Source of the DNA: an uncultured Rhodospirillales bacterium
Lineage (GTDB): Bacteria; Pseudomonadota; Alphaproteobacteria; Rhodospirillales; JAPHRK01
Assembly (NCBI GenBank): GCA_965368335.1
Contig: CBDUMN010000005.1
Span: 105 to 64,104 of the forward strand
Length of the DNA: 64,000 nt
Direction of reading: 5' to 3'
Of the stretch, positions 53,077-64,000 are shown piece after piece. The notes under the pieces are model-generated. The model searched no databases. It was not told where the DNA came from and saw only the letters and a list, made by a program, of their open reading frames with translations. How positions within the stretch are numbered: position 1 is the stretch's first letter; each line of letters opens with the position of its first letter. The translations under genes and the position numbers were made by a program.

Positions 53077-53481
53077 TTAAGCCTGTTCCAGCTCGGTCAA
53101 GGTGCCGCAGAAGTCTTTGGGATGGAGAAACAGGACGGGTTTGCCGTGGGCGCCGATTTTCGGTTCTCCATTGCCGATCACCCGTGCGCCGCTTTCTTTC
53201 AGCTTGTCGCGCGCGGCGATAATATCTTCCACTTCATAGCAGACATGGTGCATACCGCCTGCCGGGTTCTTATCGAGGAACGCCTGGATCGGTGAATTGT
53301 CACCCAATGGATAGAGCAGTTCGATTTTGGTGTTGGGGAGCTCGATAAACACCACGGTCACGCCGTGATCCGGCTCGTCCTGGGGCTCAGAGACTTTGGC
53401 GCCCAGGGTGTTACGGTAGGTTGCGGCAGCCGCTTCCAGGTCTGGCACTGCAATGGCCACATGATTGAGCCGTCCGATCAT
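53077..53481 (-). CDS. mce: Methylmalonyl-CoA epimerase (VOC family)
   Basis: MIGRLNHVAIAVPDLEAA..., ...GGMHHVCYEV.DI..., HPKDF.G.L.EL. The ATG at 53481 is preceded by GGAGA. Confidence 0.85.
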   Translation of the reverse strand: MIGRLNHVAIAVPDLEAAAATYRNTLGAKVSEPQDEPDHGVTVVFIELPNTKIELLYPLGDNSPIQAFLDKNPAGGMHHVCYEVEDIIAARDKLKESGARVIGNGEPKIGAHGKPVLFLHPKDFCGTLTELEQA

Positions 53482-53509
53482 GGTTCTTATCTCCAATTCG
53501 TCTTTAATT

Positions 53510-55180
53510 TCAAATCCTTAAAAGATGTACGGTGGTAACAGGTTTTTTGCCGAAGACTCTCCTGAACCCTCGGCGTGTCGCCAGTCTTACCTCTTCTTCC
53601 ACGACTTCATTGTCGCGCTTGTCCTTGCGTGAAAGCTTCTCCACGGCCGCATAGATGTCATCCACAATGCTATAGAGAACATCTAGGTCTTCATCGCCTT
53701 CCAGCAAACCTTGCTGAGTGATTTTCGGGCCTGAAACCATCTTTCCTTTTTCATCCAAAGCAAGGCTTACTACGGCGGAACCATTGAACAGGGCGCGTTT
53801 TCGGCCGCGTAAAAGGTCGCCATGGAGCGGAATAAGGCGCTTCCCTTCCCAGACGAGGCGACCGGTTTCCACTGTGTCGATCACTTCCACTGGTCCCGGA
53901 GCGAGCCTCAGCACCTCACCATTTTCAATAACGATGCTTTCCGGCACGTCGCAGTCGAGCGCCAGGTCGGCATTGGCGTTGAGATGGCGCAATTCGCCAT
54001 GCATGGGAACGGCTAAACTTGGCTTGACCAGTTCGTACATACGGGCAAGCTCATCCTTGGCCGGATGGCCGGAAACGTGAATAAAGGCTTCCTTATCCGT
54101 GACGACCTCGATTTCCCGCCTGATCAGCATGTTTTGCAGCTTGCCGATAGCCTTTTCGTTGCCGGGGATGGTGCGTGAGGAAAAAACCACCGTATCGCCT
54201 GCTTTAAGGGATACATTGGGATGGGTTCCCTCAGCAATCTTTGAAAGGGCCGCCTGAGGTTCCCCTTGGCTGCCAGTGCAGATAATCAGCAACTTATCGT
54301 CGGGAATATAGCCGGCTTCTTTTTCAGGCACAAATTGAGGAACATCGCGTAAGTATCCGGTTTCTCGGGCGACTTCATCCATCCTACGTAAGGATCGCCC
54401 CACCAAAACCACATCGCGTCCATTGGCCGAGGCGGCTTTATAGATGGTTTCGAGCCTTGCGATGTTGCTGGCGAAGCAGGTAACGGCAACCTTTTGTTCG
54501 CATCCTCTGATCACTTCGCTGAGACTATCAAGCAATGCGCCTTCGGATTGCGAGGCGCCGGGGGAAAAGACATTGGTCGAATCGCAAACCAGCGCCAAAA
54601 CCCCTTCATCGCCCAGTTCTTCAAGCCGCTCTTCGTCGGCTTCGTCACAAATCACCGGATCGGGATCGAATTTGAAGTCGCCGGAATGCACCACGGTTCC
54701 CGCCGGAGTTCGAATGACCAAAGCATTGGGTTCGGGGATGGAATGAGTCATAGAGACGAATTCCATATCGAAGGGGCCGACTGTAAAGGTTCCCCCCAAG
54801 GGGATTTCCTTGATCGGCACCATATTAACGATGTCGGTCTCCTTCAGCTTGCGCCGCAGGAACGAAGCGGCAAAAGGCGTGGCGTAGACCGGCGTACGGA
54901 AACGGTGCCAGAGAAAAGGGATTGCGCCCAGGTGATCTTCGTGAGCATGAGTCAGCACAATGCCCGATAAAGAGGCGGCTCTTTCTTCGATAAAGGTCGG
55001 GTCGGCCATCACCACATCGACACCGGGCATGGAATCATCGCCAAAGGTGATGCCGCAATCGACAATGATCCATTCCTGCTCCCCCGGCTTTCCATAGCCG
55101 TAGAGATAGAGGTTCATGCCGATTTCACCGGCTCCGCCCAAGGGGACGTAGAGCAACTCTTTGGAGGACGTCGCGTTCAT
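53510..55180 (-). CDS. rnj: Ribonuclease J (metallo-beta-lactamase / beta-CASP)
   Basis: VLTHAHEDHLGAIP, ...DSTN..., HVSGHP..., 556 aa. Confidence 0.85.
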   Translation of the reverse strand: MNATSSKELLYVPLGGAGEIGMNLYLYGYGKPGEQEWIIVDCGITFGDDSMPGVDVVMADPTFIEERAASLSGIVLTHAHEDHLGAIPFLWHRFRTPVYATPFAASFLRRKLKETDIVNMVPIKEIPLGGTFTVGPFDMEFVSMTHSIPEPNALVIRTPAGTVVHSGDFKFDPDPVICDEADEERLEELGDEGVLALVCDSTNVFSPGASQSEGALLDSLSEVIRGCEQKVAVTCFASNIARLETIYKAASANGRDVVLVGRSLRRMDEVARETGYLRDVPQFVPEKEAGYIPDDKLLIICTGSQGEPQAALSKIAEGTHPNVSLKAGDTVVFSSRTIPGNEKAIGKLQNMLIRREIEVVTDKEAFIHVSGHPAKDELARMYELVKPSLAVPMHGELRHLNANADLALDCDVPESIVIENGEVLRLAPGPVEVIDTVETGRLVWEGKRLIPLHGDLLRGRKRALFNGSAVVSLALDEKGKMVSGPKITQQGLLEGDEDLDVLYSIVDDIYAAVEKLSRKDKRDNEVVEEEVRLATRRGFRRVFGKKPVTTVHLLRI

Positions 55181-55953
55181 TAGTGTTTATTTCGCCTGTA
55201 AATGGCCAAAAGACCGTCCATGGTCAGATCGGCGTCGGTGAGTTCAATTTTTTCAGTGGCTTCGGCAAAAAGTGGGGCGAGCCCACCAGTTGCGATTACT
55301 TTCATCGGTTGACCGTATTCAGCCATGATCCGTGCGACCATCCCTTCGATCAGCCCGACATAACCCCAGAAAATACCCGATTGCATGGCTTCCGTCGTCG
55401 AGACGCCAATGGTCTTTTCCGGTTTGACGATCGCCACTCTTGGCAACTTGGCGGCGGCCATGTGCAAGGCTTCGATTGAAAGGTTGATGCCGGGAGAAAT
55501 TGCGCCGCCAATATAGCGCCCTTCCCCATCGATAACATCGAACGTCGTCGCCGTGCCAAAATCGATAACGATTAGCGGACCGCCATATTTCTGGGCGGCT
55601 GCAAAACCGTTGACCAGACGGTCGGCGCCAACTTCCTCAGGGCGCGGCAGGAGAACTTCAATGCCGAGATCAAGGGTTTTATCGCCAACCACAAGGGGAT
55701 CGCAACCAAAGTAGGTCCGGCAAAGGCTCTTGAGATTGAACACCATGGCCGGAACAACCGAAGCGATAATGGCGGCATCGATGTCTTTTGGAGAAAGACT
55801 TTTCATCGCCATCAGGGTTTCAAGCCAAACGATGAACTCATCGGCCGTTCGTTTGGGGTCGCTCGTGCTGCGCCACTCTCCCTTGAGTGCGCCATCATCG
55901 GTAAAAACGGCAAAAACCGTATTTGTGTTTCCTACATCAATTGCCAGCAGCAT
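55180..55953 (-). CDS. coaX: Type III pantothenate kinase
   Basis: MLLAIDVGNTNTVFAVF, ...VIDFGTATTFD..., ...GG.I.PG.... The start at 55953 overlaps the birA 3' end. Confidence 0.9.
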   Translation of the reverse strand: MLLAIDVGNTNTVFAVFTDDGALKGEWRSTSDPKRTADEFIVWLETLMAMKSLSPKDIDAAIIASVVPAMVFNLKSLCRTYFGCDPLVVGDKTLDLGIEVLLPRPEEVGADRLVNGFAAAQKYGGPLIVIDFGTATTFDVIDGEGRYIGGAISPGINLSIEALHMAAAKLPRVAIVKPEKTIGVSTTEAMQSGIFWGYVGLIEGMVARIMAEYGQPMKVIATGGLAPLFAEATEKIELTDADLTMDGLLAIYRRNKH

Positions 55954-56734
55954 GGCCGAGATCCTGTGGAAAGAAAATATCCGCTGCCGTAATGTGACGT
56001 CGATTGCCCTCAGTCTCAAGGATCAAAGCGCCTTCCTCGTCCATTCCGGCGAATTTTCCTTCAAGAGTTTCCTTGCCCAGGCGGGCAATTACCGTTCCCC
56101 CGATCCCTTTGGCATTGGCAAGCCAGGCATTGCGGATCGGTTCAAACCCCTGAACCGACCAACGGTCAAACCATGCCTCAAAATGTTGAGCAAATCCTTC
56201 CAGCACGCTTTCAACCGTCATACCGCTGGTGATACCGAAGGATGTGGCGGGAAACTCCGTTTCTTCCGGGTGATGAGAAACATTAACTCCGACCCCCAGG
56301 ACCAGCCAATCGAGCCCTGGATTGTGGTTTCCTTGTGATGCTTTCGCCTGACATTCCAGAAGGATACCGGCGACTTTCTTGCCGTTAAGCAGCACGTCGT
56401 TGGGCCATTTACAGGCTATTTCCGGCCGATCAAAGGGAGCCGAGGCCTCTCTCAAGGCCTCTGTAACGGCCAAAGATGCGGCAAAACTGAGTTGAGCAGC
56501 TTCTGCAACAGACTTTTCCGACCGCAAAATTAAAGAACAATAGAGATTACCCGGCTCGGAAACCCAGGTCCGCCCGCGCCTGCCCCGCCCGGCAGACTGG
56601 CTATGCGCCCAGATGAGCGTTCCATGGGCTGCGCCCTCAGCCGCCATACGGCGGGCCTGTTCATTGGTGCTATCCAGAGACTCAAAGGCCACCAGCTGAT
56701 AAGCCGGTGGCACTTTGGGAAGATTTCTGTCCAT
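55937..56734 (-). CDS. birA: Biotin--[acetyl-CoA-carboxylase] ligase (no N-terminal HTH)
   Basis: QSAGRGRRGRTWVS (GRGRxGR motif), KWPNDVLLNGKKVAGIL. Confidence 0.9.
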   Translation of the reverse strand: MDRNLPKVPPAYQLVAFESLDSTNEQARRMAAEGAAHGTLIWAHSQSAGRGRRGRTWVSEPGNLYCSLILRSEKSVAEAAQLSFAASLAVTEALREASAPFDRPEIACKWPNDVLLNGKKVAGILLECQAKASQGNHNPGLDWLVLGVGVNVSHHPEETEFPATSFGITSGMTVESVLEGFAQHFEAWFDRWSVQGFEPIRNAWLANAKGIGGTVIARLGKETLEGKFAGMDEEGALILETEGNRRHITAADIFFPQDLGHAAGN

Positions 56735-56758
56735 TAAGAGGCGAACCCCTATTCCTCC

Positions 56759-58219
56759 TTATCCGCCGCTGAACAACGATGCGGCAGCAGCGCTCGCGCT
56801 ATCGACAATCGGAGCCGGGAAGACGAAGAAGAAGAGAATGATGGCGGATGTTGCAATAAGGATGGCCGTCATTTCCCGCCCAATCGGCTTGTCGAAGGCA
56901 TCCAAAGCTTCATCGAAGTACATAATCTTGATGATGCGGATGTAATAGAACGCGCCGACAACGCTCGAAAGTACGCCGATGACCGCCAAGGCATAGAATT
57001 CAGCCTGAATGGCGGCCAGGAAGATGTACATCTTGCCAAAGAAACCGGCCAGCGGCGGAATACCCGCCATGGAGAACATGAACATCGCAAGGACGAAAGC
57101 CATGGCCGGATTGGTTTTACCAAGGCCCGCAAGATCATCAATGCCTTCGACCATACGCCCGCCCCGGCTCATGCAGAGAATGCAGGCAAAGGTGCCGACA
57201 TTCATGAACAGGTAGATGGCCATGTAGACCAGCACCGCCTGAACGCCCGCTTCATTGCCAACCGCAATACCGATCAGAGCATAACCAATGTGACCGATGG
57301 AGCTGTAAGCCATCAGTCGCTTGATGTTTTTCTGGACGATGGCGGCGAAAGCGCCGAGAACCATGGAGCCGATGGAGATCAGGATAATGATTTGCTGCCA
57401 CTGAGCGACCAGTTCGCCGAACGGGCCAGTCATAACCCGCATCAACAGCGCAATGGCGGCGATTTTCGGCGCAACGGCGAAGAAAGCCGTTACAGGCGTC
57501 GGAGCCCCTTCATAAACGTCGGGCGTCCACATATGGAAGGGTACGGCGGAAATCTTGAAAGCCAGACCGGCCAACAGGAATACCAGGCCGACAACGACGC
57601 CGGTGGAAATGTGTCCGTGGCTATTGTGGAAGACTTCGGCCAGTCCCTGGAAGCTCGTGGTGCCGGTGAAACCGTAGATCATCGAGCTGCCGTAGAGCAG
57701 CATGCCGGAAGCCAATGCGCCCAGAACGAAGTATTTAAGTCCGGCTTCGGAAGACCGTAGATCGTCCCGCTGGAAAGCGGCCATGACGTAGAGCGACAGG
57801 CTCTGCAGTTCCAGGCCGACGTAAAGCGACAGCAGGTTGTTGGCCGAGATCATCATCATCATGCCAAGCGTGGCGAGCAAAACGAGGATTGGGTACTCGA
57901 ACTTGGCTGAATTGGCCCGCTTCATGTAGCCGTAAGACATGATCAGCGTCAGGATCGATCCCAACAGCACCAAGGCTTTGGTAAAGCCCGCAAAGGTGTC
58001 GTTGATGAACATGCCGCTAAACGTGGTGACCTTTTCGAACGAGAAGGCCGAGAGCAGCAACAGCGCCAGAGCCATGGTCAAAACCGCCAGGAAGGTGATT
58101 GTTTTGGCCGCCCCTTTGTCTGTCTGGAACACGCCCAGGACCAGCAGCGCCATGGCGATACATGCGATGAACACTTCCGGCATGGCCGGAATGAGGTTCG
58201 GAAGTTCCGCAGTCGTCAT
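56759..58219 (-). CDS. nuoN: NADH-quinone oxidoreductase subunit N
   Basis: 486-aa polytopic antiporter-like subunit, last gene of the nuo block. Confidence 0.9.
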   Translation of the reverse strand: MTTAELPNLIPAMPEVFIACIAMALLVLGVFQTDKGAAKTITFLAVLTMALALLLLSAFSFEKVTTFSGMFINDTFAGFTKALVLLGSILTLIMSYGYMKRANSAKFEYPILVLLATLGMMMMISANNLLSLYVGLELQSLSLYVMAAFQRDDLRSSEAGLKYFVLGALASGMLLYGSSMIYGFTGTTSFQGLAEVFHNSHGHISTGVVVGLVFLLAGLAFKISAVPFHMWTPDVYEGAPTPVTAFFAVAPKIAAIALLMRVMTGPFGELVAQWQQIIILISIGSMVLGAFAAIVQKNIKRLMAYSSIGHIGYALIGIAVGNEAGVQAVLVYMAIYLFMNVGTFACILCMSRGGRMVEGIDDLAGLGKTNPAMAFVLAMFMFSMAGIPPLAGFFGKMYIFLAAIQAEFYALAVIGVLSSVVGAFYYIRIIKIMYFDEALDAFDKPIGREMTAILIATSAIILFFFVFPAPIVDSASAAAASLFSGG

Positions 58220-58232
58220 CGAACTCTACTCC

Positions 58233-59750
58233 TTAGCGCGCCGCAACGGCCGGGTTGTTGGCCGCGGCAACCGCCGCATTGAACTGCTCGATCAAGTTAT
58301 CGACCGAAACATGCATGGGATCGAGGAAGGACGACGGATAGACGCCCATCCAGAAAGTGATAATGATCAGAGGCGCAAACACCAGCCACTCCCGCGCCGA
58401 CATATCGGTGACAGACTTCAGGTTTTCCTTGGTCAAGGCCCCGAAAATCACCCGGCGATAGAGGTAAAGCATATAGGTCGCACCGAGAACCAAGCCTGAG
58501 GCGGCCAAAGCCGCAACGACCGTATTGGCTTGGAATGCGCCGAGCAGCACCATGAATTCACCGACGAACCCGCCAGTACCCGGAAGTCCGACTGACGCCA
58601 GCATGAAGACCATGAAGGTTAACGCATAGCCCGGCATGTTGTTGGCCAAACCGCCGTAAACGGCGATTTCACGACTGTGAATGCGGTCATAGACCACGCC
58701 GACGATTAGGAAGAGCGCGGCGGAAACTACGCCGTGGCTCAGCATCTGGTAGATCGCCCCTTCAATGCCGTGCGCCGTCAGGGTAAACGACCCAAGGGTC
58801 ACATAGCCCATGTGAGCGACGGAGGAATAAGCGATCAGCTTTTTCATGTCTTCCTGCGCCAGAGCAACCAGCGAGGTATAGACGATGGCGATGATACTCA
58901 GCGTATAGACCAGCGGAACGAAATCGACGGTCGCTAGCGGCAACATCGGAATGGAGAACCGCAGAAAACCGTAACCGCCCATCTTCAAGAGCACACCGGC
59001 CAGAATGACCGAACCGGCGGTCGGCGCTTCCACGTGAGCGTCCGGCAGCCAGGTGTGAACCGGCCACATGGGAACCTTCACCGCAAAGGATGCGAAGAAA
59101 GCCAGCCAGAGCCAAGTCTGCATACCTGCCGGGAAGCCGTAGGTCAGCAAGGTCGGGATATCGGTGGTGCCCGCTTCGAAATACATAGCGAACATGGCCA
59201 GCAGCATCAGGACAGAGCCGAACAGCGTATAGAGGAAGAACTTAAACGCCGAGTAGACGCGGCGCGGCCCGCCCCAGATCCCGATAATCAGGAACATGGG
59301 GATCAGCACGCCTTCGAAGAAGATGTAGAAGAGCACCATATCGAGGGCGCAGAACATACCGACCATCAAGGTTTCGAGAACCAGGAAGGCGACCATATAT
59401 TCGCGCACATGCTTTTTGACCGCTTCCCAGGCTGAGAGAATGCACAGCGGGGTTAAGAAGGTTGAGAGCATGACGAAGAACATGGAAATGCCGTCGACGC
59501 CCATATGGTAGGTGATTCCAAGAGCCGGGAACCATTCGGCCCGTTCTTCAAACTGGAAGGCTGCGGTGCCGTTATCGAAATTCGCCCAGATGAACAGGGA
59601 AATGACGAAGGTGGCGATTGACGTCCAGAGCGCGGTCGAGCGGGCATTGCTCGCGGCAACCTCGCTATCGCCCCGGATCAGCAGCAGGATGATGGCCGCC
59701 CCTACCAAGGGGAGGAAGGTCACCAACGAAAGAATGGGTAATTCAGTCAT
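58233..59750 (-). CDS. nuoM: NADH-quinone oxidoreductase subunit M
   Basis: 505 aa. [28 protein letters not shown] motif. Confidence 0.9.
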   Translation of the reverse strand: MTELPILSLVTFLPLVGAAIILLLIRGDSEVAASNARSTALWTSIATFVISLFIWANFDNGTAAFQFEERAEWFPALGITYHMGVDGISMFFVMLSTFLTPLCILSAWEAVKKHVREYMVAFLVLETLMVGMFCALDMVLFYIFFEGVLIPMFLIIGIWGGPRRVYSAFKFFLYTLFGSVLMLLAMFAMYFEAGTTDIPTLLTYGFPAGMQTWLWLAFFASFAVKVPMWPVHTWLPDAHVEAPTAGSVILAGVLLKMGGYGFLRFSIPMLPLATVDFVPLVYTLSIIAIVYTSLVALAQEDMKKLIAYSSVAHMGYVTLGSFTLTAHGIEGAIYQMLSHGVVSAALFLIVGVVYDRIHSREIAVYGGLANNMPGYALTFMVFMLASVGLPGTGGFVGEFMVLLGAFQANTVVAALAASGLVLGATYMLYLYRRVIFGALTKENLKSVTDMSAREWLVFAPLIIITFWMGVYPSSFLDPMHVSVDNLIEQFNAAVAAANNPAVAAR

Positions 59751-59768
59751 CGTTGCATCAACCTCTGC

Positions 59769-61712
59769 TTAATGTGACAGCATGTACCAGGAGACCAGCA
59801 CCATGACGCCGATCGCCATGGCAAATGCTCCGTGATACAGGTATCCGGTTTGAAGTCGGGCGGCCCGTTTGGCAGCGCCCACCGTAGCGGCGGCGATCCC
59901 GTCGGGACCCACACCGTCGATCAATTGGCCGTCGCCCGCTTTCCAGAAGCCGCGGCCCAGATAGAAAGCCGGACGGATGAAAAGCAGATCGTATAGCTCG
60001 TCGAAGTACCATTTCTTGTCGAGGAAACGGTAGATGCCCGGGAAAGTCGAGGCGAGCCCCTTGGGCAGGCTCGGAGCCATGCCATACATGACGATGGCGC
60101 CCAGGATGCCGACCACACCAACGACCAGCGGCGAATACTTGACCCATGCCGGAACATGATGAGCGGCGGCAATCGCGTCATGCGACTGAATGGCTGCTCC
60201 CCAGAATTCCGCGACATGGTGACCGCCGAAGTTTTCGTAGCCGAGGTAGCCAGCCAGGATTGCGCCAGCAGCCAAAGGCAGCAAAGGCAGCAACATAACA
60301 GGCGGGCTTTCATGAACGTGAGCCATGACCACTTCGTCGCCGCGCGGTTTGCCATGGAACGTCATGATCAACAGGCGGGTTGAGTAGAAGGCGGTGAGCA
60401 AGGCTGCGCCGACACCCATCCAGAAGGCGAAAGTGCCGACCGGGGAGTGCGCTGCGTAGGCCGCTTCGAGGATCAAGTCTTTCGAGAAGTAGCCAGCAAA
60501 CGGCGGCAGGCCGATCAAGGCCCAGGAACCGATAAACATCAGGGCGTAGGTCACCTTGATGTGTTTCCACAAGCCGCCCATACGGCGCATGTCCTGCTCG
60601 TCCGACATGGCGTGGATCACCGAGCCAGCGCCAAGGAAGAGCAAGGCTTTAAAGAAGCCGTGGGTCATCAGGTGGAAAATACCGGCGGAATAAGCCGACA
60701 CACCGAGTGCAAAGAACATGTAGCCGAGCTGCGAACAGGTCGAATAGGCGATGACGCGCTTAATGTCGTTTTGTACGCAGCCGACGGTCGCGGCGAAGAA
60801 GGCCGTACAAGCCCCGACGATGGTGACGACAGTGAGAGCCGTTTCGGAATATTCGAACAGCGGCGACATACGGGCCACCATGAACACCCCTGCCGTCACC
60901 ATGGTGGCGGCGTGGATCAAGGCGGAAACCGGCGTCGGACCTTCCATGGCGTCAGGCAACCAAGTGTGGAGCCCGAGCTGAGCCGATTTGCCCATCGCGC
61001 CGATGAACAGCAGCAGACAGGCTGCCGTTAGAGCGTGGAATTCACCGCCAAACAGGAAGAAGGTCATATCCTTTTTGGCTTCAACGGCGGCGAAAATCTG
61101 ATCGAACTGCACCGTACCGAAGATCACGTAGACGGCGAAGATGCCAAGCGCAAACCCGAAGTCGCCAACACGGTTGACCAAAAAGGCCTTGATGGCGGCC
61201 GAACAGGCCGAAGGCTTCTTATACCAGAACCCGATCAGCAAGTAGGACGCCAAGCCCACCCCTTCCCAACCGAAGAACAGTTGGACCAGGTTGGATGCCG
61301 TAATCAGCATCAGCATCATGAAGGTGAACAGGCTGAGATACGCCATGAACCGCGGCACCGACGGGTCGTGGTGCATGTAGCCGACGGCATAGACGTGCAC
61401 CATCGAGGAAACGCCGGTTACGACAATCATCATCACAGCGGTGAGCGTGTCGAACTTCAAGGCCCAGGACACATCGAAGGTGCCGGACGAAATCCAGGTC
61501 AGCAGGTGTACCGTGTGGGCGTTGCCGCCGCTCGGCACCTGGAAGAAAACCCAGATGGAAATGGCTGCCGATAGGAGCAGGCCGGTGCAGGTGACAATCT
61601 GCGCCGCCAGATCCCAGGAGTGTTTTTTCTCTTCTTCTTCCGGACGGAAGAACGCGATGAGTCCTGCAAGGAACGCACCGAGAAGCGGAAGAAAGATCGC
61701 TGCCGTATACAT
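59769..61712 (-). CDS. nuoL: NADH-quinone oxidoreductase subunit L
   Basis: 647 aa. WLPDAMEGPTPVSALIHAATMVTAGV motif, and a long C-terminal region consistent with the lateral helix. Confidence 0.9.
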   Translation of the reverse strand: MYTAAIFLPLLGAFLAGLIAFFRPEEEEKKHSWDLAAQIVTCTGLLLSAAISIWVFFQVPSGGNAHTVHLLTWISSGTFDVSWALKFDTLTAVMMIVVTGVSSMVHVYAVGYMHHDPSVPRFMAYLSLFTFMMLMLITASNLVQLFFGWEGVGLASYLLIGFWYKKPSACSAAIKAFLVNRVGDFGFALGIFAVYVIFGTVQFDQIFAAVEAKKDMTFFLFGGEFHALTAACLLLFIGAMGKSAQLGLHTWLPDAMEGPTPVSALIHAATMVTAGVFMVARMSPLFEYSETALTVVTIVGACTAFFAATVGCVQNDIKRVIAYSTCSQLGYMFFALGVSAYSAGIFHLMTHGFFKALLFLGAGSVIHAMSDEQDMRRMGGLWKHIKVTYALMFIGSWALIGLPPFAGYFSKDLILEAAYAAHSPVGTFAFWMGVGAALLTAFYSTRLLIMTFHGKPRGDEVVMAHVHESPPVMLLPLLPLAAGAILAGYLGYENFGGHHVAEFWGAAIQSHDAIAAAHHVPAWVKYSPLVVGVVGILGAIVMYGMAPSLPKGLASTFPGIYRFLDKKWYFDELYDLLFIRPAFYLGRGFWKAGDGQLIDGVGPDGIAAATVGAAKRAARLQTGYLYHGAFAMAIGVMVLVSWYMLSH

Positions 61713-61722
61713 GGTGACGCCC

Positions 61723-62034
61723 CTAACCCTTCATCGCGTTGATATCGTCAACCGCGATGGAGCCGCGGTTACGGAAGAAGACAACCAGGATCGCCAGACC
61801 AATGGCCGCTTCGGCGGCGGCAACGGTGAGAACGAACATGGTGAAGACCTGGCCGACCAGATCGCCGAGGAACGACGAAAAGGCCACGAAGTTGATGTTG
61901 ACCGAGAGAAGGATCAGCTCGATGGACATCAGGATAACGATCAGGTTCTTCCGGTTGAGGAAGATGCCGAACACCCCAAGGGTGAACAAGATAGCGGCGA
62001 CCGTCAGGTAATGGGAAAGACCGATTTCAAACAT
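61723..62034 (-). CDS. nuoK: NADH-quinone oxidoreductase subunit K
   Basis: 103 aa, three TM helices, ...[13 protein letters not shown]... motif. Confidence 0.9.
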   Translation of the reverse strand: MFEIGLSHYLTVAAILFTLGVFGIFLNRKNLIVILMSIELILLSVNINFVAFSSFLGDLVGQVFTMFVLTVAAAEAAIGLAILVVFFRNRGSIAVDDINAMKG

Positions 62035-62648
62035 CAGACGCCACTCCCCGTCGTAACTTTGTGAAGCTTGACCGTCTCATCGGCTTTGCGGGCCACCTGA
62101 TCGGCGACTTTCTGCGACCTGACGCCCGGACGGCGACGGTGGGTCAGCACGATTGCGCCAACCATGGCGACCAGAAGCACCAGACCGGCCGCCTGGAACA
62201 GGTAGATATAATCGGTATAGATCACCAGCCCGAGAGCCTGGGTGTTGGTGATGTTTCCGGCATTTTCTATGGGCACCTGAATGGCTGCCGTGGTTTCCGG
62301 CGTAATGTGCGATGCGCCGATGACCATAAGCAACTCAAGCACGATGATCAGGCCGACCAGACCGCCGAGCGGTAGGTACTGCAAAAAGCCCTGGCGCAGT
62401 TCGACGAAGTTGATGTCGAGCATCATCACGACGAAGAGGAACAACACCGCGACCGCACCCACGTAGACCACGACCAAGAGCATGGCGAGGAATTCGGCGC
62501 CCAGCAGAACGAACAGTCCGGCGGCGTTGAAGAAAGCGAGGATCAGGAACAACACCGAATGCACCGGGTTCTTGGCTGAAATAACCATCACCCCCGACGC
62601 CAGAGTGATCCCGGCGAATAAATAAAATGCCAATGCCTGAACGATCAT
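62034..62648 (-). CDS. nuoJ: NADH-quinone oxidoreductase subunit J
   Basis: 204 aa. [29 protein letters not shown] motif. Confidence 0.9.
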   Translation of the reverse strand: MIVQALAFYLFAGITLASGVMVISAKNPVHSVLFLILAFFNAAGLFVLLGAEFLAMLLVVVYVGAVAVLFLFVVMMLDINFVELRQGFLQYLPLGGLVGLIIVLELLMVIGASHITPETTAAIQVPIENAGNITNTQALGLVIYTDYIYLFQAAGLVLLVAMVGAIVLTHRRRPGVRSQKVADQVARKADETVKLHKVTTGSGV

Positions 62649-62722
62649 TTATGTCCCCCTTCGGACATCCGGTGTCCGCGGAAACTGGAAACTATAAGTC
62701 GTCATCAAATCCATCCCCTCGG

Positions 62723-63211
62723 TCACCGGTAAGGCGCGTCCGCCTCAAGACGGGCGGCAAGCTCCACTTCCCAACGCTCTCCGTTGGCCAGGAGTTTTTC
62801 CTTGTTATAGAAAAGCTCTTCGCGGTTTTCGGTCGAATATTCGAAGTTCGGCCCCTCGACAATGGCGTCGACAGGGCAGGCTTCCTGACAGAAACCGCAG
62901 TAAATGCACTTGGTCATGTCAATGTCATAGCGCGTCGTGCGGCGGCTACCGTCATCGCGGGGTTCCGCTTCGATTGTAATCGCCAACGCCGGACAGGCCG
63001 CCTCGCAAAGTTTACAGGCGATGCAGCGCTCTTCCCCGTTGGGATAGCGGCGCAATGCATGTTCCCCCCGGAAACGCGGGCTCAGAGGGCCCTTCTCGTG
63101 CGGGTAATCAATCGTCACCTTCGGCTTGAACATATACTTCAGCGTAATGCCCAGACCGACAAGCAGTTCGGTCATCAGGAAGGCGCGTGCTGTACGGTCG
63201 ATAAATGCCAT
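62723..63211 (-). CDS. nuoI: NADH-quinone oxidoreductase subunit I (2x[4Fe-4S])
   Basis: [12 protein letters not shown] and [12 protein letters not shown] ferredoxin motifs. Confidence 0.95.
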   Translation of the reverse strand: MAFIDRTARAFLMTELLVGLGITLKYMFKPKVTIDYPHEKGPLSPRFRGEHALRRYPNGEERCIACKLCEAACPALAITIEAEPRDDGSRRTTRYDIDMTKCIYCGFCQEACPVDAIVEGPNFEYSTENREELFYNKEKLLANGERWEVELAARLEADAPYR

Positions 63212-63220
63212 CTTTGCCTC

Positions 63221-64000
63221 CTAGACCTTCGGTGCGATATCGAGTGCGACGGCGAGGCCCGCATAGACCACGACGGCGACAAGGGTAAGCGGCAGGAAAA
63301 TTTTCCAGCCCAAGCGCATGACCTGATCGTAGCGGTAACGCGGATAGGATGCCCGAACCCAAAGGAAGAAGAACAACACAAAGGCCGTCTTCAGCGAAAA
63401 CCAGATCGGTCCCGGTATCCAATTGAACGGCGCAAAGTCGAAGAGCGGCAGCCAGCCTCCCAGGAACAGCGTCGTCAACATGCCCGACATAACGATCATG
63501 TTGGCATATTCACCGAGGAAGAACAGAGCGAAGGCCATGGCCGAATATTCGACGTTGTAGCCAGTCACCAATTCCGCTTCGCCTTCGGGAAGGTCAAACG
63601 GATGGCGCGCCGTTTCCGCGATGATGCAGATCAGGAAGACCACGGCCAGCGGGAACATCGGAATGACGTTCCACATTCCTTTTTGCGACATAACGATGCT
63701 GTTAAGGTTCATCGAACCAGACCAGAGCAGTACGCAGACCAGAATGAAGCCCATGGCCAGTTCGTAGGAAACCATCTGGGCCGCCTCTCGCAGTCCGCCA
63801 AGGAAGGCGTAGCGGTTGTTGGACGCCCAACCGGCCATCAGGATGCCGTAAACCCCCAGCGAAGAGATCGCCATCAGGTAAAGCAGACCTACGTTGATAT
63901 CGGCCAGAACCATCCCCTCGCCAAACGGAATGACCGCCCAGGCCACCATGGCGAGAATGAAAGTCAGCATCGGCGCGATGATAAACACGCCCCGGTTGGC
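63221..64000 (-). CDS. nuoH: NADH-quinone oxidoreductase subunit H, N-terminus beyond the window edge
   Basis: The reverse frame is open to position 64000. It contains ...AETNR.PFDL.E.E.ELV.G...EYS-type motifs ([27 protein letters not shown]). Confidence 0.9.
   Translation of the reverse strand, partial: ANRGVFIIAPMLTFILAMVAWAVIPFGEGMVLADINVGLLYLMAISSLGVYGILMAGWASNNRYAFLGGLREAAQMVSYELAMGFILVCVLLWSGSMNLNSIVMSQKGMWNVIPMFPLAVVFLICIIAETARHPFDLPEGEAELVTGYNVEYSAMAFALFFLGEYANMIVMSGMLTTLFLGGWLPLFDFAPFNWIPGPIWFSLKTAFVLFFFLWVRASYPRYRYDQVMRLGWKIFLPLTLVAVVVYAGLAVALDIAPKV

Noticed and set aside
56715-56945. 76-aa plus-strand ORF bridging the birA-nuoN junction
   Set aside because: It is antisense to the nuoN 3' end and the birA start, with no independent signals.
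1-64000. tRNA, rRNA, tmRNA and CRISPR arrays
   Set aside because: All intergenic gaps over 60 nt were read. None shows a cloverleaf-compatible sequence, rRNA-like conservation, or regularly spaced direct repeats. The only periodic repeats are the protein-coding RTX/cadherin modules.

Overview
This window looks like an alphaproteobacterial chromosome segment, possibly Rhodospirillales-like. The evidence is gene order, an lpxI-containing lipid A cluster and a GAAC-N7-GAAC SOS box. It has two parts.

(1) Positions 1 to about 13,450 look accessory. This part contains:
- an IS481-family transposase cut by the window edge, next to a dead fragment of a related IS;
- a roughly 100-bp MITE-like inverted-repeat element;
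- a CNNM/CBS membrane protein, a TIGR04372-like putative glycosyltransferase and a pentapeptide-repeat protein;
- the most interesting locus in the window, a three-gene set. It consists of a periplasmic LapG-like transglutaminase-like cysteine protease (BTLCP), a divergently transcribed membrane protein (two TM helices, a large periplasmic Cache-like domain, PAS, and an HD-GYP domain whose catalytic residues are nearly all replaced), and a convergent giant adhesin gene of about 1,970 aa. The adhesin has a LapA-like retention/FecR-like N-terminal region followed by a TAAG di-alanine motif.

I read this set as a Lap-type regulated adhesin-release module in which the usual GGDEF-EAL receptor LapD is replaced by a degenerate HD-GYP protein. 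That reading is inference from sequence and needs experimental and comparative testing.

(2) Positions about 13,450 to 64,000 are densely packed, conserved housekeeping genes:
- dsbA-like, mfd, sdhE, recG;
- DUF502 plus a cNMP-binding protein, Nudix;
- lexA with its SOS box, comEC, gltX, gltA, gloA;
- lpxB-lpxI-lpxA-fabZ-lpxD-skp-bamA-rseP-dxr-cdsA-uppS-frr-pyrH-tsf-rpsB;
- dnaE, lolDE, proS;
- an odd Ala/Ser/Thr/Glu-rich secreted protein;
- a purine permease, tag, DUF1467, mce, RNase J, coaX, birA;
- nuoN-M-L-K-J-I-H, with nuoH cut by the window edge.

I found no rRNA, tRNA or CRISPR array by eye. Many long ORFs in the supplied track are antisense artefacts of real genes. All functional calls come from reading motifs in the translations; no database search was run.
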